From a virus (lineage: Duplodnaviria; Caudoviricetes): DNA of 64,000 nucleotides. Of the stretch, positions 10,116 through 19,777 are shown one piece after another. The stretch covers positions 1 to 64,000 of the IMG/VR virus record IMGVR_UViG_2711768162_000009, one strand, 5' to 3'. Within the stretch, counting starts at the first letter, position 1. The number at the start of each line of letters is the position of its first letter. Position numbers and translations under genes: made by a program. The notes below the pieces were generated by a model. The model made no database searches. It saw only the letters and a program-made list of their open reading frames with translations, and had not been told where the DNA came from.

Positions 10116-11228
10116 ATGTCACTGGCTGATCTGAAAAGCAAACTGAACCAGCGCAAGGCCCAGCAGGCGGCCAAGAAAGCGCAGTATATCCGCACCACCA
10201 AGCTCAACACCGGCAAGAATCGCGTTCGCATTCTGCCGTCCTGGGAGCTGGACGCTGAGGGTAAGCCTTCTCTGGAAGGTCAGTTCTATCACGACTTCGG
10301 TATGCACTTCGTGAAGGACAAGGAAGGCAAGCTCAACGCGGTCTATGTCTGCACCGAAAAGACCTACGACGACAAGCATTGCGCGGTCTGCGATGCGATC
10401 CGCGAAGGTGTTGCGGAAGCGAAGGCCACTGGCAACGTCGCTCTCGAGAAGCTGATGGGACAGGCTCGTGCCTCTGGTCGTGTTCTCGTCAACGCCCTCA
10501 TGCGTGACAGCGAAGAGCCGAACAAGCCGGTGATCCTCGAGCTGCCGGCTGGAGTGTTCGACAATGTGGTCGACCAGATTGTCACCTTCGCCGACGATGA
10601 CGTCGCCATCCTGTGCCCCGACACCGGACACGATTTCATCATCAGCAAGACTGGCTCCGGCATCGACACCGAGTATTCGCTGTCTGTCAGTCCGAAGTCT
10701 ACGAAGGTCACGTATGATCAGTCAGCGGTGACTGACCTTACGAAGTATGTGGCTCAGGAGTCCGAGCAGGGTCTGCTGAAGGCAACTGGCGCTGTTGTTG
10801 CTGTCACTGGCCTGCCCGCTCCGCGCTCTGTCGCTGCCCTGTCCCACGCCCCTGCGGCAACGGGCACTGACGATCGCACTGCCGGCGCCTTCATGACTCC
10901 GCCTGCTGCATCTGCTGCGACTGCTCCGGCTCGTCCCGCAGCTCCTGCTGCCGCCGCTGCCGCTACTACTGGTGCAGCCACCGTTCTGAGCGCTGCTGCG
11001 ACTCTCGCAGAAGACGAACTGAACGACCTTGAAGGCGAGCTGGTAGGTGATGAAGTGCCCTGGGAGGCTGACGTCCCGGCCGCAGAAGTCGTTGAGACCC
11101 CTGCACCGACCGCCGCTCCCGAACCTGCTGCAACACAACCCGCCCCGTCCGAGGACGACCTGGCCGCAGAGATTGACGGCTCTGGTGATGACCTGGACGA
11201 CATTCTCAACGGTCTGGACGACCTCTAA
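10116..11228 (+). CDS. single-stranded DNA-binding protein (T4 gp32-like)
   Basis: RVRILP, H..C..CxxC zinc site, G.G..T.Y motif, acidic tail ending DDILNGLDDL. Confidence 0.8.
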   Translation: MSLADLKSKLNQRKAQQAAKKAQYIRTTKLNTGKNRVRILPSWELDAEGKPSLEGQFYHDFGMHFVKDKEGKLNAVYVCTEKTYDDKHCAVCDAIREGVAEAKATGNVALEKLMGQARASGRVLVNALMRDSEEPNKPVILELPAGVFDNVVDQIVTFADDDVAILCPDTGHDFIISKTGSGIDTEYSLSVSPKSTKVTYDQSAVTDLTKYVAQESEQGLLKATGAVVAVTGLPAPRSVAALSHAPAATGTDDRTAGAFMTPPAASAATAPARPAAPAAAAAATTGAATVLSAAATLAEDELNDLEGELVGDEVPWEADVPAAEVVETPAPTAAPEPAATQPAPSEDDLAAEIDGSGDDLDDILNGLDDL

Positions 11229-11238
11229 GCAAGCCTGC

Positions 11239-11262
11239 AAAGGGACTCTTCGGAGTCCCTTT
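11239..11262 (+). terminator. rho-independent terminator
   Basis: AAGGGACTC-TTCG-GAGTCCCTTT. Confidence 0.75.
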
Positions 11263-11282
11263 CTTCTCTTGGGAGAACTCAC

Positions 11283-12245
11283 ATGAGATTCGCCTTATTC
11301 GACAGTCACGCTATCGGCTATGCCGCTCAGGACGGAATGAAGCTGACCGTTGGAGATCGTGAGGTGCAGTCCATCTTCGGCTCCATCAAGTCCGTTCGCC
11401 GCTACGTCCGAGAGCTGAATGCCCGTCCGATGATGCTCTGGGACGGCAAAGCCAAGTGGCGCTACGACCTCTACCCCGACTACAAGGCCAAGCGAGGCAA
11501 AGAGCCTGACCCCCGCGTCCAGCATATGCGCAAGTGCTTCCGCGAGTGCCGGGAAGACATTAAGCGTGGCCTGGGGCTGTTGGGGGTGCCGTCGCTGTTC
11601 GCCGCGGACTTTGAGGCTGACGACCTGGCCGGCTACCTGGTCAAGACCTACAGCAAGCAAGGCAAGCGCGTGTTCATGATCACTGGCGACCACGACTGGA
11701 AGCAGTTGGTCAACGAGCACACTACATGGGTGAACCACAAAGACGGTCGCATGGTTCACGAATGCACCTTCGCAGAGGACACCGGCTACCTGACTCCGGT
11801 GGCGTTCGTCCAAGGCAAGGCGCTTGTCGGAGACAAGTCAGACGAGATCCCCGGCGTCGGCCGCATCGGTGAGAAGTCCGCACCGGAAGTCCTCGCGCAA
11901 TACGGCGACGTGAAGACCTTCATCACCCGCATTCGCGATGACGTCGAGAACAAGCGGAAGGTGCCCAAAGCCTACCGCGACTTCGCGATGGGCGAACCTT
12001 CCCCCAAAGAGCCCCACCTGACCCGCATCCAGGCATTCCAGCGCAACGTCAAGCTGATGAACCTGCTGAGTGGCCCCGAGCCAACCGGCGTTCAGGTGCT
12101 TCATCGAAACGCGATGGACCTCGATGGCTTCAGGGAGTTTTGCCGCGAGCTGAATTTCCAGTCGATCTTGAGCGACTTCGACGCCTTCGTAGAGCCCTTC
12201 GTAGACAACATCCCTACCGCATCACCTCTGAGGAAATCCGCATGA
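11283..12245 (+). CDS. 5'-3' exonuclease / flap endonuclease (T5 D15/T4 RNase H family)
   Basis: YKAKR, EADDL, TGDHD, GDKSDEIPGVGRIGEKSA (H3TH). Confidence 0.9.
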   Translation: MRFALFDSHAIGYAAQDGMKLTVGDREVQSIFGSIKSVRRYVRELNARPMMLWDGKAKWRYDLYPDYKAKRGKEPDPRVQHMRKCFRECREDIKRGLGLLGVPSLFAADFEADDLAGYLVKTYSKQGKRVFMITGDHDWKQLVNEHTTWVNHKDGRMVHECTFAEDTGYLTPVAFVQGKALVGDKSDEIPGVGRIGEKSAPEVLAQYGDVKTFITRIRDDVENKRKVPKAYRDFAMGEPSPKEPHLTRIQAFQRNVKLMNLLSGPEPTGVQVLHRNAMDLDGFREFCRELNFQSILSDFDAFVEPFVDNIPTASPLRKSA

Positions 12246-13300
12246 CCCTCGACCTCGCAAAAGAAATCATGGGCGCTATCGGCAAGAACGACGAAGTGTC
12301 CACCGTGAAAGTCTGGCTGGATACCGGCTTCCCTCCCCTCAACCGCATCATCAGCGGTCGCTACTATGACGGTGGTATGCCGTGTGGCCGCGTTGTGGAG
12401 CTGTCCGGTGCTGAGTCCTCGGGCAAGACTGCTATCGCCAACGAGTGCATGAAGGCAGCACAGCGAGCCGGAGGCATCGCGGGGTTCTGGGATCACGAGC
12501 GCTCGTTCGATACCCGCCTGGCTGAGCAAGGCGGCTTGGACCTCACCCCCGGCAAGTTCGTGTTTAAGCGCGGCCAGACCTACGAGCAGACAGTGGTCGA
12601 GACCATCAAGCTGCTGCGTGTGGTTCGCGAGAAGAAGCTGATCGACCCCGATGCGCCAATCGTCCTTGTCTGGGACTCCCTGGCCTCGATGGTGCCGCAG
12701 CAGATCGCGGAGAAATCCGCCGACGCCCTGAACATGAACGACAACACCGCCCTGGCCCGTGCTACGTCTGCGTCCTTCAAGATGATCGCTCAGGCGTGTG
12801 ACGACTATAACGCCCTGCTGATCATCCTGAACCAGACCCGCACTAAGATCGGTGTGATGTTCGGTGATCCTACAACGACCCCCGGCGGCGACGCGGTGAA
12901 GTTCTACTGCTCCGTGCGCATCCGCCTGGGTCGCACGATGATCAAGAAGTCGGCAAGCGACAGCACGAAGGTCGGCCAGCAGATCGGTGCCGAGTGCATC
13001 AAGAACAAGGTCTCGGCGCCCTTCCGCAAGTGCAAGTGGAACTTCATGTTCAACGACGACGGCACCGGCAGCTTCGACGTCGAGGGCTCCCTGGTCGAAT
13101 ACATGTGCGAGCATGAGTTGATCGAGGCCGGCGGCAAGAAATCAGCCTACTGCTACTGGGAAGGCGAGAAGATCACCAAGAAGAAACTCGCCAAGATGAT
13201 CGAGTCCGATCCGGCCGTCGCTACCAAGATCAAGGCCATCCTCGACGGCTCGGACGTGGACGACATTAGCGAAAAGACAGAGCCGGAAAGCGCCGCCTGA
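12242..13300 (+). CDS. recA: RecA/UvsX-like recombinase
   Basis: GAESSGKT, VWDSLA, NQTRTKIGVMFGDPTTTPGG, KNKVSAPFR. Confidence 0.95.
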   Translation: MTLDLAKEIMGAIGKNDEVSTVKVWLDTGFPPLNRIISGRYYDGGMPCGRVVELSGAESSGKTAIANECMKAAQRAGGIAGFWDHERSFDTRLAEQGGLDLTPGKFVFKRGQTYEQTVVETIKLLRVVREKKLIDPDAPIVLVWDSLASMVPQQIAEKSADALNMNDNTALARATSASFKMIAQACDDYNALLIILNQTRTKIGVMFGDPTTTPGGDAVKFYCSVRIRLGRTMIKKSASDSTKVGQQIGAECIKNKVSAPFRKCKWNFMFNDDGTGSFDVEGSLVEYMCEHELIEAGGKKSAYCYWEGEKITKKKLAKMIESDPAVATKIKAILDGSDVDDISEKTEPESAA

Positions 13301-13366
13301 TTGTTGTAGTGAATCAGTAGCTTCCGACTTATAGTCATGGTCATGGATCAACAGGGAGTCATGGCC

Positions 13367-13960
13367 ATGACCGTCAACCTCAAGCGTTCTCGCTGGGTGA
13401 AGCGCACCGAGACTGGACGCTTCACCATTGAAACCGCCGCAGAGAAGAAGCGCGAGGTGCTTCTGTGTGACACCTGCGGCATCAATGATCAGTGCCCGGT
13501 CAAGGCGATGATGGACAAAGCCGATCACTTCGTCACCCTCTCCGTCCGCAACTGCGACAAATACATCCCCTGCGTGGGCTTCATGCCGCCGATGGTGGGC
13601 CTGGAGCGGCAGTTCAACACGCTGCGCGTGGGCAAGGGATGGTATGAGCGGCTGGAGGTCGGAGATCGAGTTGCCCTGGTGAACACCAAGAGCAGCGAGA
13701 TCGAGGGCTATGCCGAAGTGAAGCATCTGTATCACGGCGCCTACCGCGAAATGATCGACAAGCACGCCATCTACAACCACACGGCTTTCGAGCGAGGCCC
13801 CGGACAGTCCGCCCAGGACTACGTGGATGGGGTCTTGAAGAAGGCCAACGGTCACTTCCTCAGCGAGAACTCCACTCTGACCGCTATCTACTTGCGGAGA
13901 CTGGAGAATGGCATACGAATTAGGTCCAAAGAAGAAGCTGGAGCTGGTCAAGAAAGGTAG
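13367..13960 (+). CDS. hypothetical protein with Cys-rich N-terminus and ASCH/PUA-like domain
   Basis: CDTC..C; FNTLRVG...LEVGDRVALV resembles the ASCH motif. Confidence 0.6.
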   Translation: MTVNLKRSRWVKRTETGRFTIETAAEKKREVLLCDTCGINDQCPVKAMMDKADHFVTLSVRNCDKYIPCVGFMPPMVGLERQFNTLRVGKGWYERLEVGDRVALVNTKSSEIEGYAEVKHLYHGAYREMIDKHAIYNHTAFERGPGQSAQDYVDGVLKKANGHFLSENSTLTAIYLRRLENGIRIRSKEEAGAGQER

Positions 13961-14318
13961 GCGTCTCTACGGGGCTATCGTCACACTCGACTGCGGTGAG
14001 AAGGTCTACATGGCCTACCGCAAGCGAAACGAGATATACCGAGCTGGCGAGGTTCGTGTCAGCGAGGCCATCAAGAAGGGTGTGGCGGCCTGGGCCATGG
14101 ACGACGAGACGCTTCGAGTCATGCGCGCTCACGGCATCAAAGTCGTGGGCGTTTTTGTTCGTGATACCAACGAGCGCTACGTGACCTCGATCGACAACTA
14201 CTTCGACAAGACCAAGATCAAAGTCTTAAACTACAGCGCACGCGGAGGGTCGCTGCAACGGTATCTGCCTTTGCAGCACTTCAAGCACCGCAAACCAGCG
14301 ATAACGAAACTGAGCTAA
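13908..14318 (+). CDS. basic hypothetical phage protein
   Basis: RBS GGAGA; 136 aa, phage-like codon use. Confidence 0.7.
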   Translation: MAYELGPKKKLELVKKGRRLYGAIVTLDCGEKVYMAYRKRNEIYRAGEVRVSEAIKKGVAAWAMDDETLRVMRAHGIKVVGVFVRDTNERYVTSIDNYFDKTKIKVLNYSARGGSLQRYLPLQHFKHRKPAITKLS

Positions 14319-14323
14319 AGAAA

Positions 14324-14719
14324 ATGAGATCGAGCGAGGATGAGGCGAAGAGAACGTCCCTTTCATTTTTTTGGGGTGCTGTGCTTTTTCTGATGGCGGC
14401 CGGGACTGTGATATTAGGTTCTCCAATATACTTACTTTACTGCCTGACCCAATATGACTTCCTACCGATCATCGGCGACCGATGGTTCGTTTCTGCTTTC
14501 TTCGAGACTCTACCCAGCTTTGCTAAAACAGTTCTGGTGACCTACGCCATCATCTACGTTATTGGCCAGGTTCTGATTCTGATTTCACCGAACTTGCTCT
14601 TCATTGTTGTTGCAATTATCTGTGCATTTTTGGCACCTCTAGGGATTTTCGAATCGCCTTCGTTAAGACGAGGAAAAGTGTTCGTCCGATCCCATTTTCG
14701 CAACATGCCTAGAAAATAG
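14324..14719 (+). CDS. AT-rich multi-TM membrane protein (moron-like)
   Basis: Three hydrophobic segments; GC content clearly lower than neighbours. Confidence 0.55.
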   Translation: MRSSEDEAKRTSLSFFWGAVLFLMAAGTVILGSPIYLLYCLTQYDFLPIIGDRWFVSAFFETLPSFAKTVLVTYAIIYVIGQVLILISPNLLFIVVAIICAFLAPLGIFESPSLRRGKVFVRSHFRNMPRK

Positions 14720-14847
14720 CTCTGGGCCAACTTCCACAACCACCTACTGAGGGGTCGCCATTTGGCGGCCCTTCTTCGTTTTAGCGACATGAGTCCCTGT
14801 CGTCACGCTCATAAACTGATCCTGCAAACGCACACAGGAACACAACG

Positions 14848-15237
14848 ATGAAACTGCCATCGCTCAAAAGCCTCGCTCCTTTCGCCCTACTGTCCGGAAT
14901 CATGTTGGCCGGCGGTGCGACCTTTGCTCTGGACGAGTCCCGCATCAAGTCGCTCACCGACGATCATGTCAAAGCCTGCTGGGCCATCAGTCGCTACACC
15001 ACCTTCACCAGCAACCGCCTGCATCTGCTGGACGTCTACGAGAACCGAAACGAGCGCAACAAGCTCGTCAATCTGACTTTCAAGGTCATCACGCCAAAGG
15101 GGATCGCTACCTACAACACCACCTCTTGTCGATACCGCCCCGACACTGACGAGCCGGTCGTGTCTCAGCTCACGCTGAACGGCACCCACTACGGCGTCAG
15201 GGAGCTGGCTCTGCTCCGACACCTGGTATCGCTTTAA
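14848..15237 (+). CDS. exported hypothetical protein
   Basis: Signal-peptide-like N-terminus; RBS AGGA. Confidence 0.7.
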   Translation: MKLPSLKSLAPFALLSGIMLAGGATFALDESRIKSLTDDHVKACWAISRYTTFTSNRLHLLDVYENRNERNKLVNLTFKVITPKGIATYNTTSCRYRPDTDEPVVSQLTLNGTHYGVRELALLRHLVSL

Positions 15238-15277
15238 CCAAACCACACACTCACCGCTTACTTACTTGGAGGCTATC

Positions 15278-16348
15278 ATGCCCTTCGGAGTCATCAGCGA
15301 CAGCCACTACCACGCATGGACGGCTTTCGCGAAGCAGAACGGCCACATCAACAGTCGTCTGCAAATCACCATTGATGAAACACGCGACCTCGCCAAGCAC
15401 CTGAAGAAAGCCGGGTGCGATGCCCTCTTCCACTGCGGCGACATCTTCCATGTTCGAGGTCGTGTCGCGCCTTCCGTGCTGAACCCGGTCACTGACCTCT
15501 TCGCTGAGATCGTCAATGAGATCGGCTTGAAGGTCTACCTGTTGGCGGGCAACCACGACCTAGAGTTCGAGGATTCCAACCGCATCGGCAACAGTGGTGA
15601 GGCCCTGGCCGGCACAGGCGTTCATGTCGTATCCGAGGGCTTCTTCTACGAGCCGGAGCACAAAGTCCTCATGGTGCCCTGGCACGCGAAGCAACAGGCG
15701 CTGCTCAATGCCATCGCGAAGATCCTTGCCGATACGCCGGCGGTCGTGACGGCCGAAACCACTCTGATGATTCACGCACCGGTCAACGAAATCATCCCAG
15801 GGCTTCCGGATCACGGCATTGATCCTGACGTGCTGGCGGGCTTCGGCTTCAAGAACGTCTTCGTGGGTCACTACCACAACCACAAGGAGGTTCGCCCGAA
15901 GGTCTACTCCGTGGGCGCGCTGACACATCAGAACTGGGGTGACGTCGGCAGCAAGGCTGGCTACCTCCTGGTCGAGGATGACGGCGCCGTATTCCAGTTC
16001 GAAACGGGTGCCCCGAAGTTCATCGACATGGAACACCTTGATGAAGAGGACTTCGACCAACTCGAGGGCAACTACGCTCGTGCCCGGATCGAGATCGAGG
16101 ACGAGAAAGAGGTCGCGGAGTATCGGGACATGCTCGAGAACGAGCTGGATGCCGCTGCTGCGCTGATCATGCCGCTACGCAAGGACAAGGTGATCACCCG
16201 CAAGGGGGCAACGAAGGCCAGTCTGGATCGCCTCGAGGACAGCATCAGCCACTTCATCAAAGACGCCTCAACCATCCCCGAAGCCATCAAGGACGACGTG
16301 AACACGGCCGTTCTGAACACTCTTGCGGAGATCGACCATGCAGTTTGA
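15278..16348 (+). CDS. SbcD/Mre11-like metallophosphoesterase nuclease
   Basis: SDSH, GDIFH, GNHD, GHYH motifs. Confidence 0.9.
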   Translation: MPFGVISDSHYHAWTAFAKQNGHINSRLQITIDETRDLAKHLKKAGCDALFHCGDIFHVRGRVAPSVLNPVTDLFAEIVNEIGLKVYLLAGNHDLEFEDSNRIGNSGEALAGTGVHVVSEGFFYEPEHKVLMVPWHAKQQALLNAIAKILADTPAVVTAETTLMIHAPVNEIIPGLPDHGIDPDVLAGFGFKNVFVGHYHNHKEVRPKVYSVGALTHQNWGDVGSKAGYLLVEDDGAVFQFETGAPKFIDMEHLDEEDFDQLEGNYARARIEIEDEKEVAEYRDMLENELDAAAALIMPLRKDKVITRKGATKASLDRLEDSISHFIKDASTIPEAIKDDVNTAVLNTLAEIDHAV

Positions 16349-18251
16349 ACGCCTGTTTATCGAGAACTTCCTGTCTATCGGCGAAGCGGACGTGGCCCTG
16401 GCCGGACGTGGCCTGCTGCTGATCCAAGGCCGCAACCTGGAGAACGACGCTGCCTCATCCAATGGCGCCGGCAAGTCATCGCTCGTGGATGCCCTCTTCT
16501 GGTGCTGCTACGGCAAGACGGCTCGCGGGGTCACTACCGATGACGTGATCAACAACGTGGCCGGCAAGGACTGCCGAGTGTCCGTCACGATCAAGGATGG
16601 CCCGGACACCTACGAGATCAGCCGTCACCGCAAGCACAGTAAGCACAAGAACCGGCTTCTGGTCTCCCACAACGGCACGGACATTACCAAAGGCACCGAC
16701 AAACAGACCCAGGGGCTGGTGAACACAATCATCGGCTCAACCGAGTCTGTCTTTGCCAACTCCATCTACGCCGGTCAGGAGCGGATGCCTGATCTGCCGA
16801 GCATGACCGACAAGGAGCTGAAGGCGCTGGTCGAGGAAGCGGCCGGCATTGATCGGCTCAACGCTGCGTATCAGGCGCAGTTGAAGAAGGCCAACACCCT
16901 CAAGCGTGAGGTCGAGCAGGAAGAGGTCGAACTCGACAAGCTCAACGCCCAGAAAGCCGCTCATGAGGACCACCTGGAGCGTCAGAAGGTGTCTCACGAG
17001 GAATGGTGCAAGCAGCGTGACGAAACCGTCGAGAGCGCCAAGGACGAAGCAAAGGCGCTCAAGGAACGCTATCTGGGCATGAAGCCCAAGGAGCTGGTCA
17101 GTAAGAGAAAAGCGCTCCACGAAGAGCTGACGGCGATTCTGGCACGTATCGAGGCCACCGACGGCGAGCGGAAGGAACAAGATCGCCTGAGCAGGCTTGC
17201 GAGCCAGGCCGATAGCGACCTTCGAATTGGTGCCAGCGAGGTCAAGCGACTGGCGGAGGTGGTTCGCCAGCGCAAGGCCGAGTTTGAAGGCGTCGACGAC
17301 CTGGTGGGCAAGCCCTGCGGCGAGTGCGGAAAGCCCTACTGCTCGGATGACCTGAACGATGCTCGCGCACTACGCAAAAAAGCATTTGCTGACGCTGCGC
17401 AAAGCTACAAGGACGTGAAAGCGAAGCTGGTTGATGCGCAAAAACGAGCGGAGAGCGCTTCTAAGACGCTTGCCAGCTTCGAGAGTGCGATGACTAATGT
17501 TGAGAGCGAACGACGCTCAGAGCGCGAAACTCGCAGCGCTATCGAGGCATTGGACAGGGAGCTGCACGCAGCGGAGCGTGTGAAGGGTGAATTCGAGGCA
17601 AAAGTCGCGAAGGTGAAAGAGCTGCTGGGTAAGACCAGCCCCTACCTACCCATGATGGAGGACACGAAGGCGGAGATCGAAAAGTTCGAGGCCGGCATCG
17701 CCAAGAAATCCGAGGACGTGAAAGCTGCCAAGCGCCGTCATCTGATCGCAGTGAAGGCTTCGGAGGTGCTGGGCACCAGTGGCGTCCGCGCTCACATTCT
17801 GGATCACGTCACACCCGCACTGAACGATCGGACCTCGCACTACCTGGGTCAGTTGTCAGAAGGTGAGATCACGGCGACCTGGCAGACGATCAGCATGACC
17901 AAAGGTGGCGAACTCCGTGACAAGTTCGCGATTCAGGTGGTGAACGACAAGGGCGCCAAGAGCTTCGGCGGACTGTCCGGCGGTGAGAAGCGCAAAGTCA
18001 GAATCGCAACGGCGATGGCCTTGCAGGACTTGGTTTCCACCCGCTCGGCTAAGTCCATACCGCTGTTCATCTTCGACGAGATCGACCACGCCCTGGATGC
18101 CGATGGACTTGAGCGCCTTATGTCGATCATGAAGGAGAAGGCCACCAAGTCCGGCACCGTCCTCGTGATCAGTCACAACGACATGAACCACTTCATCAGC
18201 GATGCCATCACCGTTACCAAAGAAGGCGGTGTCAGTCGCGTAGAAGACTGA
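16338..18251 (+). CDS. SbcC/Rad50-like SMC ATPase
   Basis: NGAGKSS, CGEC zinc hook, LSGGE, IFDE, ISH. Confidence 0.92.
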   Translation: MQFERLFIENFLSIGEADVALAGRGLLLIQGRNLENDAASSNGAGKSSLVDALFWCCYGKTARGVTTDDVINNVAGKDCRVSVTIKDGPDTYEISRHRKHSKHKNRLLVSHNGTDITKGTDKQTQGLVNTIIGSTESVFANSIYAGQERMPDLPSMTDKELKALVEEAAGIDRLNAAYQAQLKKANTLKREVEQEEVELDKLNAQKAAHEDHLERQKVSHEEWCKQRDETVESAKDEAKALKERYLGMKPKELVSKRKALHEELTAILARIEATDGERKEQDRLSRLASQADSDLRIGASEVKRLAEVVRQRKAEFEGVDDLVGKPCGECGKPYCSDDLNDARALRKKAFADAAQSYKDVKAKLVDAQKRAESASKTLASFESAMTNVESERRSERETRSAIEALDRELHAAERVKGEFEAKVAKVKELLGKTSPYLPMMEDTKAEIEKFEAGIAKKSEDVKAAKRRHLIAVKASEVLGTSGVRAHILDHVTPALNDRTSHYLGQLSEGEITATWQTISMTKGGELRDKFAIQVVNDKGAKSFGGLSGGEKRKVRIATAMALQDLVSTRSAKSIPLFIFDEIDHALDADGLERLMSIMKEKATKSGTVLVISHNDMNHFISDAITVTKEGGVSRVED

Positions 18252-18323
18252 CCGAAAATTGCAGCGTGCGTCCCTGTGGCGTGCGCTGCATAATAAGTCA
18301 TCACTTACTTATGGTGACAAGCA

Positions 18324-19067
18324 ATGCAGCCTTACTTCACTCCACGCGAAGACCTGTCGCGCCCGCGCTTCGACTGGCGGCGACTGATCTGCGCGACATT
18401 CATCAAGCCACATGAGGAAGCCCCGAACTTCGCCCGCCGCATGACCCAGTTGATGACTGACGACACGATGATTCATCGGGTGACCAGTCACGACATGGGA
18501 AATTGGCATGACGAGGAAGCTCCCGTCGTCCTCAAGACCAAGACCATGATGGTGTCGGACTTGGCTGACGTAGAAGAATTCTCGTTCAACGTCAGACCTG
18601 ATTGGCAGCCGGAATTGGCCTTGCTCATTCGAGACCGCGACGGCGAGCTTATTGGTGTGCCGGAGACGGAATACGTTCGTTACTTCGGCGGGCGCCTGCC
18701 GGGGGCGAGAGCATCCACCTTCGGCACCATGATCACCGACATGACCCGTTCACGCATGGACGCCTTGAACTTGAGGGAGTTCAACCTGGGTCTTATGCCG
18801 TTGAGCAGCCAAATCGGAAGCTACATCATGGATCGCTTCGAAGCCGGCAGCCTCAATGCCGGGACCACGACCAACATCCTCATGGAGTTGGCCGAGAAGC
18901 GCCGAGCGCCCTACCTCTACGAAGGCCAACTCATCGTGCCGCGCAGCTCTCCTTCCAAACCCACTATCGAAATCCCTGAACTGGCCTCTTCTGAAGGCCA
19001 ATCACCTGAAGAACGCTACCGGGTAGAGCGCGAGCGCAATCCCGAGTTCGGCGTTCTTGCTTTTTGA
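18324..19067 (+). CDS. hypothetical protein
   Basis: 247-aa ORF after an operator/promoter. Confidence 0.65.
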   Translation: MQPYFTPREDLSRPRFDWRRLICATFIKPHEEAPNFARRMTQLMTDDTMIHRVTSHDMGNWHDEEAPVVLKTKTMMVSDLADVEEFSFNVRPDWQPELALLIRDRDGELIGVPETEYVRYFGGRLPGARASTFGTMITDMTRSRMDALNLREFNLGLMPLSSQIGSYIMDRFEAGSLNAGTTTNILMELAEKRRAPYLYEGQLIVPRSSPSKPTIEIPELASSEGQSPEERYRVERERNPEFGVLAF

Positions 19068-19077
19068 GGAACACGCG

Positions 19078-19650
19078 ATGGCAGAAATCTCCGTATGTTC
19101 GTTCGATCCTTCACTTCGAAATTGGGGTGTCGCTCGAGGCTTTCTCGATCTGGATACGCTCAAGGTCACGATCATGGACCTGGACGTCATTCGCCCCACT
19201 CTACCCACTGGCAAGCAGGTCAGGGCTAACAGCAAGGACGTAGAGTCGGCTTACCAGCTCTTCGATGGCGCCAGGAAGGCGGCAGAAGGCGCTCAGGTGA
19301 TCTTTGCCGAAGTGCCTGAAGGTAGCCAGTCATCACGAGCGATGGCCTCCTACGGCATCTGTGTGGGCGTTCTGGGCTCTATCCGAGGCATGGGCAGTCC
19401 CTTCTTTCCAGTGACACCCACGGAGGTCAAAAAAGCGTCCGCCGGCTGCAGGACGGCGAGCAAGAACGACATGATCCGTTGGGCGATGGAGCAGCACCCC
19501 GAAGCGCCCTGGCCCATGCAGAAAAAGAACGGCGAGATGGTTGTGATTGCAGGCCAGGCCGAGCACATGGCTGACGCAATCGCCGCTATCTACGCTGGTC
19601 TGGACTCCCTTGATTTCCAACGCATGATCGCCTTTCTGAAAGCAGCATGA
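19078..19650 (+). CDS. RuvC-like Holliday junction resolvase
   Basis: FDPSLRNWG, FAEVP, PTEVKK, K.DMI.WA, HMADAI. Confidence 0.85.
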   Translation: MAEISVCSFDPSLRNWGVARGFLDLDTLKVTIMDLDVIRPTLPTGKQVRANSKDVESAYQLFDGARKAAEGAQVIFAEVPEGSQSSRAMASYGICVGVLGSIRGMGSPFFPVTPTEVKKASAGCRTASKNDMIRWAMEQHPEAPWPMQKKNGEMVVIAGQAEHMADAIAAIYAGLDSLDFQRMIAFLKAA

Positions 19651-19777
19651 TGTAGACCGCAGAACCCACCCCTACCACATATAGGCTTGGCAGGCACTTT
19701 TGCGTATCTGTCAAGCCTAGTAAGTAAGTCATAGCTTACTTACAATAAGACCACCATCCACTCGCAGGATTACCCGA